Assembly (NCBI GenBank): GCA_045632465.1 | Contig: JAZQWS010000344.1 | Location: 1-43,443 of the forward strand | DNA from: Eubacteriales bacterium | GTDB taxonomy: Bacteria > Bacillota > Clostridia > Oscillospirales > CAG-272 | Reading direction: 5' to 3' | Length of the DNA stretch: 43,443 nucleotides | Shown: piece by piece, positions 40,002 to 43,443 of the stretch | Layout of the letters: each line of letters begins with the position of its first letter | Numbering within the stretch: the first letter of the stretch is position 1 | Notes under the pieces: generated by a model | The model's input: only the letters and a program-made list of their open reading frames with translations | Database searches by the model: none | What the model was told of the DNA's origin: nothing | Program-made: the position numbers and the translations under genes

Positions 40002-41156
40002 ATGGCCGAAAACAGTAAAAACACGCATTTGCGGTTTCTGCATTGCTCGGATATTCATCTGGACACGCCCACGGTGGGATTAACGGCGGAGAAGTGTGAC
40101 GAGAGGCGCAGAGAGCTGCGCTCCTCCTTCATGCGCATGATGCAGTACGTCAGAGATCGCGGTGTCAACGTTGTGCTGATCAGCGGCGATCTTTTTGATA
40201 ATCAGTACGCCACCAATACCACGGCGGAGGTTTTGATTCGCGAATTCCGCAATTGCTCGGAAACGGTGTTTATCATCTCCCCCGGCCGATCGGATTATTA
40301 TGAAAATAACCCGATCTATACGTCGGGTCGCCTTCCCTCCAACGTATATGTTTTCTCGAAGGACACGCTCTCTCGCTTCGATTTCGAGCAGTTTAACGTA
40401 ACGGTGTACGGCTGGGCCTTCATGGGCGAGAAGATGAACGAAAGTCCGCTCTATGAAAAAACGGTGGATGATGCCTCGAGAATCAACCTCGTTTGCGGAT
40501 ACGGTGACCTCGGCGGAAGCATTGATTCGGATCTTTGCCCCCTTTCCGAAAACGAGCTGAAAAAGTTCGGCGCGGATTATTGTGCGCTTGGCTCTCGCCA
40601 TGAGGCGGGCGATTTTATGAAGATCGGCGATAGCGTGATTTACAGCTATTGCGGCTCTCTCGAATGCACGGGCTTTGAAAACACAGGCATCGGCGGCGCA
40701 AATCTCATCGTTGTGGATTATCAGGACGGCGAGCTTTCCATCGATGTGAAGAAGCTCTCCTTTGGTCGCCTCCGCTTTGTGAATGAAACGATCGATATCA
40801 CCGGGGTAAACACCGGTAGCGAGATCATTAACCGCATCACCAAGGTGATCAGCGAGAAGAAGTACGGTATGGAAACCGCCCTGCGCGTGCAGTTGGTCGG
40901 CGAGATCGATCCGCGCTTCCTCGTTCCGAAAAATCTGGAGTGCGATGCCTTTGGTCTTTATTATTTCGATCTTGTGGATAAAACCATGCCTCTTTTCGGC
41001 GCGGAGCATTTTGAGCGCGATATGAATGCGGCAGGCGAGGTTTATCGCAAGCTTCTCCCCCTTCTCAGATCCGAAAACGAGGATGAGCGCATGACGGCGG
41101 CGAAGGCTTTCCGTGTAGCGTTGGCGGCTTTGGAAAATCGCGAAGCCGAAATATAG
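40002..41156 (+). CDS. calcineurin-like metallophosphoesterase, SbcD/YhaO-type DNA repair exonuclease
   Basis: LRFLHCSDIHLD (motif I, DxH), VLISGDLFD (motif II, GD) and later GSRHE. About 384 aa. Confidence 0.8.
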   Translation: MAENSKNTHLRFLHCSDIHLDTPTVGLTAEKCDERRRELRSSFMRMMQYVRDRGVNVVLISGDLFDNQYATNTTAEVLIREFRNCSETVFIISPGRSDYYENNPIYTSGRLPSNVYVFSKDTLSRFDFEQFNVTVYGWAFMGEKMNESPLYEKTVDDASRINLVCGYGDLGGSIDSDLCPLSENELKKFGADYCALGSRHEAGDFMKIGDSVIYSYCGSLECTGFENTGIGGANLIVVDYQDGELSIDVKKLSFGRLRFVNETIDITGVNTGSEIINRITKVISEKKYGMETALRVQLVGEIDPRFLVPKNLECDAFGLYYFDLVDKTMPLFGAEHFERDMNAAGEVYRKLLPLLRSENEDERMTAAKAFRVALAALENREAEI

Positions 41157-41406
41157 GGTGCGGCTTGAAAATTTTGGCGCAAAGGCTTGCTTTCCGCATC
41201 GACGTACTCTTGTACGCCTTCTGCGAAAATCAAGCCTTATCATCCAAAATTTTCTTCGCCGCGCAGACGGTGCTTAGGTAAGGGTGCGGCTTGAAAATTT
41301 GGCGATATTGCCCGATTTCCCCCCTCGCGGTATTCGTATACCGCTTCGGAGAAAAAGAAAGCGTCTCATCCGAAATTTTCTGCACCGGGCAGACGGTACT
41401 AAAGGA
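41155..41406 (+). repeat. two tandem copies of a 126-nt structured element (conserved flanks, variable hairpin core)
   Basis: Unit 1 is 41155-41280 and unit 2 is 41281-41406. Shared 5' flank: AGGGTGCGGCTTGAAAATTT. Shared 3' flank: CATCC(A/G)AAATTTTCT...GCAGACGGT(G/A)CT. The cores differ, but each holds a 7-bp/4-nt-loop hairpin at the same offset (41201-41218 and 41327-41344). Confidence 0.85.
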
Positions 41407-41475
41407 ATAGATTCGGAGGCTGATGCAGATTGCCTGCGCGGCCTCTGATTTGTGTAAAACGAAAAGGAAAAAAGT

Positions 41476-42159
41476 ATGATCAAGCACGTATTTTTGGATT
41501 TGGACGATACGATTTTGGATTTTCACAAGGCCGAGGCGGTGGCTTTGGAGAAAACGCTTCGCCATTTCTCGATCCCCGTAACAGAGGAGAATAAGGCGCT
41601 TTACAGCCGCATCAACAAGGGATGCTGGGAGGCCTTGGAGCGCGGGGAGATCACGAGAGCCGAGCTTCGTCTTTTGCGCTTTGCGCGCTTTTTTGAGCAG
41701 ATCGGCGCGGCAAATGCCGAGCTTGCGCCTGCCGTGTATGAAAACTTCCTTTCGCAGGGGCATTATTTCCTGCCCGGTGCGGAGGCGATGTTAGAGTCTC
41801 TTTTCGGAAAATTTGCGCTTTATCTTGCGACCAACGGCATCGCTGCCGTGCAGGCAGGGCGCGTGGCTTCCGCGGGAATCGGGAAGTATTTCAAGGAGCG
41901 CTTCGTTTCCGAGGAGGTTGGATATAATAAGCCCTCTGTCGCGTATTTTGAGGCTTGCTTTGCAAGGATCGAGGGATTTAGCCGTGAGGAGGCTGTGATC
42001 GTCGGCGATAGTCTGACGTCGGATATCAAGGGCGGTCTTGACGCGGGCATAAAAACCGTTTGGTTTAACCCCAAGGGGCTTGCCCATCCCGAAAATATTT
42101 GCCCCGACGTGGAGATCTCCGATCTTGGCGCGCTGGCTTCCGTTTTAGAGAAAATGTGA
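41476..42159 (+). CDS. HAD-superfamily hydrolase, YjjG-like noncanonical pyrimidine nucleotidase
   Basis: Motif I FLDLDDTILDF, a cap-domain helical insert, LATNG, K-P, and motif IV VGDSLTSDIKGG. Confidence 0.75.
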   Translation: MIKHVFLDLDDTILDFHKAEAVALEKTLRHFSIPVTEENKALYSRINKGCWEALERGEITRAELRLLRFARFFEQIGAANAELAPAVYENFLSQGHYFLPGAEAMLESLFGKFALYLATNGIAAVQAGRVASAGIGKYFKERFVSEEVGYNKPSVAYFEACFARIEGFSREEAVIVGDSLTSDIKGGLDAGIKTVWFNPKGLAHPENICPDVEISDLGALASVLEKM

Positions 42160-42168
42160 GGAATCAAG

Positions 42169-43437
42169 ATGTATACAGGACATAATTTTAGCGAAAAAGT
42201 GATCGAGCTTGCCGCGCAAGCGGAGCTTGATTGTAAAGAAGTGTTTGCAAAACTTGAGGCGAATTGCATGAAATGCTCCGCAAAGGTGCTCGCCGCTTTC
42301 CGCGATTGCCGCGTTTCCACCACGGATTTTCTGGAGGTAACGGGCTATGGTTATACGGATGACGGAAGAGATAAGCTCGAGGAGCTTTATGCGCGTGTAT
42401 TCGGCGCAGAGGATGCGCTGGTGCGCCCTCAGCTGATGAGCGGAACGCACGCGCTCGCCGTAACGCTTGGCGGACTTCTCAAGCATGGCGAAACGCTTCT
42501 CTATATCTCGGGCGAGCCCTATGATACCCTGCGCTCCGTCATCGGAACGGCAGGGGAGAGCCGCAATTCCTTGATCAAGTGCGGCGTTCTTTACGAGGAG
42601 ATCGATCTCGTTGAAAATGATTTTGATTACGATGCGATCGAGAAGCGCCTTTCCGAGAGCTATGTGCGCGTGGCCGCCATTCAGCGTAGCCGCGGCTATG
42701 CTCAGCGCAAGAGCTTAACGATGGATAAGATCGAGCGCGTGATCGCCTTGATCAAGCGCGTCAGCCCCGAAACGATCGTTATGGTGGATAACTGCTACGG
42801 CGAGTTCTGCGAGGATCGCGAGCCCACCGAGGTGGGAGCAGACGTTTTCGTTGGCTCAATGATGAAGAATCTCGGCGCGGGCTTTGCCGTTTCGGGCGCG
42901 TACTGCGTTGGTACAAAGGCTGTTATTGAGGACATTGCAGAGCGTCTCACCGCCCCCTGCATCGGCAAGGACCTCGGCGCAAACTTCAACCAGCTGGCTT
43001 CCTTCTATAAAGGCTTCTTCATGGCGCCCGCATGCGTGGCTTCTACCATGAAATCCATGGTATTTGCGGCGAGAATGCTGGAGCTTGCAGGCTTTGACGA
43101 GGTTGACCCCAAGTATGACGAAAAGAGAACCGACATCGTGCAGACCGTGAATCTTCACTCGGCAGACAAGCTGATCAAGTTCTGCAAGGGCATTCAGATG
43201 GGTTCGCCCGTAGAGGCCTATTGCATTCCCGAGCCGGGAGATATGCCGGGTTATCCTCACCCCGAGATTATGGCGGCAGGTACATTCATCACCGGCGCGA
43301 CCAACGAGCTTTCCTGCGACGGCCCAATCGTCGAGCCTTATACCGCATATATGCAGGGCGGCCTGACCTACGAATACGGCAAGCTGGGCGTTATGAAAGC
43401 AATCGATATGATGCTTGACTTGACACCTGAAAACTAA
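42169..43437 (+). CDS. YnbB-like PLP-dependent enzyme (aluminium-resistance / Cys-Met metabolism family)
   Basis: VTGYGYTDDGRDKLEELYARVFGAEDALVRPQLMSGTHA...VDNCYGEF...GSMMKNLGAG matches the YnbB/aluminium-resistance family pattern. Starts 9 nt after the HAD gene. Confidence 0.8.
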   Translation: MYTGHNFSEKVIELAAQAELDCKEVFAKLEANCMKCSAKVLAAFRDCRVSTTDFLEVTGYGYTDDGRDKLEELYARVFGAEDALVRPQLMSGTHALAVTLGGLLKHGETLLYISGEPYDTLRSVIGTAGESRNSLIKCGVLYEEIDLVENDFDYDAIEKRLSESYVRVAAIQRSRGYAQRKSLTMDKIERVIALIKRVSPETIVMVDNCYGEFCEDREPTEVGADVFVGSMMKNLGAGFAVSGAYCVGTKAVIEDIAERLTAPCIGKDLGANFNQLASFYKGFFMAPACVASTMKSMVFAARMLELAGFDEVDPKYDEKRTDIVQTVNLHSADKLIKFCKGIQMGSPVEAYCIPEPGDMPGYPHPEIMAAGTFITGATNELSCDGPIVEPYTAYMQGGLTYEYGKLGVMKAIDMMLDLTPEN

Positions 43438-43443
43438 ATAAAA

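Noticed and set aside
38306-41156. Methyltransferase plus SbcD-like nuclease as a restriction-modification or other defence module
   Set aside because: The genes are divergently transcribed from separate promoters. The nuclease has the housekeeping SbcD/YhaO motif set. There is no restriction endonuclease, specificity subunit, helicase or ATPase gene. The methyltransferase is reported as an orphan instead.
38585-41243. 422-aa plus-strand ORF (38585-39853) and 387-aa minus-strand ORF (40080-41243), opposite the methyltransferase and SbcD-like genes
   Set aside because: The sense frames carry DPGAGTG/NPPK and DxH/GD metallophosphoesterase motifs, with mapped promoters and SDs. The antisense products are Arg/His/Gly-rich shadows.
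41155-41406. Possibility that the tandem repeat is a CRISPR array or a protein-coding ORF (track ORFs 41230-41763 and 41274-41483, minus strand)
   Set aside because: There are only two units, with a 126-nt period. The flanks are conserved and the centre varies, which is the opposite of short repeat plus spacer. No cas genes are present. The minus-strand ORFs cross the HAD gene start and have no SD or motif.

Overview
This is a 43.4-kb chromosomal window. It reads like a Clostridia-type Gram-positive anaerobe, which I infer from GGAGG Shine-Dalgarno sites, TGn-extended -10 promoters, hairpin+T-run terminators, PFOR and a lipobox lipoprotein. I saw no rRNA, CRISPR array, transposase, integrase or phage genes.

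I can support 33 apparently intact protein genes, one tRNA-Thr(GGU), one orphan gene fragment, and a set of promoters, terminators and repeats.

Housekeeping genes: M16 peptidase, trpS, PFOR/nifJ, apbE, Na/Pi cotransporter, HD hydrolase, WecA/MraY-type transferase, HAD nucleotidase and a YnbB-like PLP enzyme. They are interleaved with four accessory glycan-type modules:
(i) a GH39-like hydrolase plus a MATE transporter (1139-3865);
(ii) an AraC regulator divergent from an SGNH/DUF303 esterase plus a WbsX/GH99-like gene (4347-7784);
(iii) a head-to-tail array of five diverged MATE-family paralogs, followed by a second SGNH esterase and an unknown protein (19409-28374);
(iv) a convergent 7-gene minus-strand operon (37285 down to 28438). 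It holds a PnuC-like membrane protein, an unknown 512-aa protein, three leaderless BNR/sialidase-family paralogs, an S8 subtilase-like gene and a GH20-like hydrolase. An AraC regulator and an orphan N6-adenine DNA methyltransferase with an atypical NPPK motif sit upstream of it.

Most worth a second look:
- the MATE array and its link to signal-peptide-less glycan enzymes, with no canonical sugar importer anywhere in the window;
- a C-P-x-x-C motif conserved in all six MATE copies;
- a tandem 126-nt structured repeat (41155-41406) with compensatory changes in its core hairpin, and a diverged relative near 15340-15510;
- an 89/90-identical direct repeat flanking the S8-like gene.

All functional calls come from motif recognition by eye. 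No database search was run.
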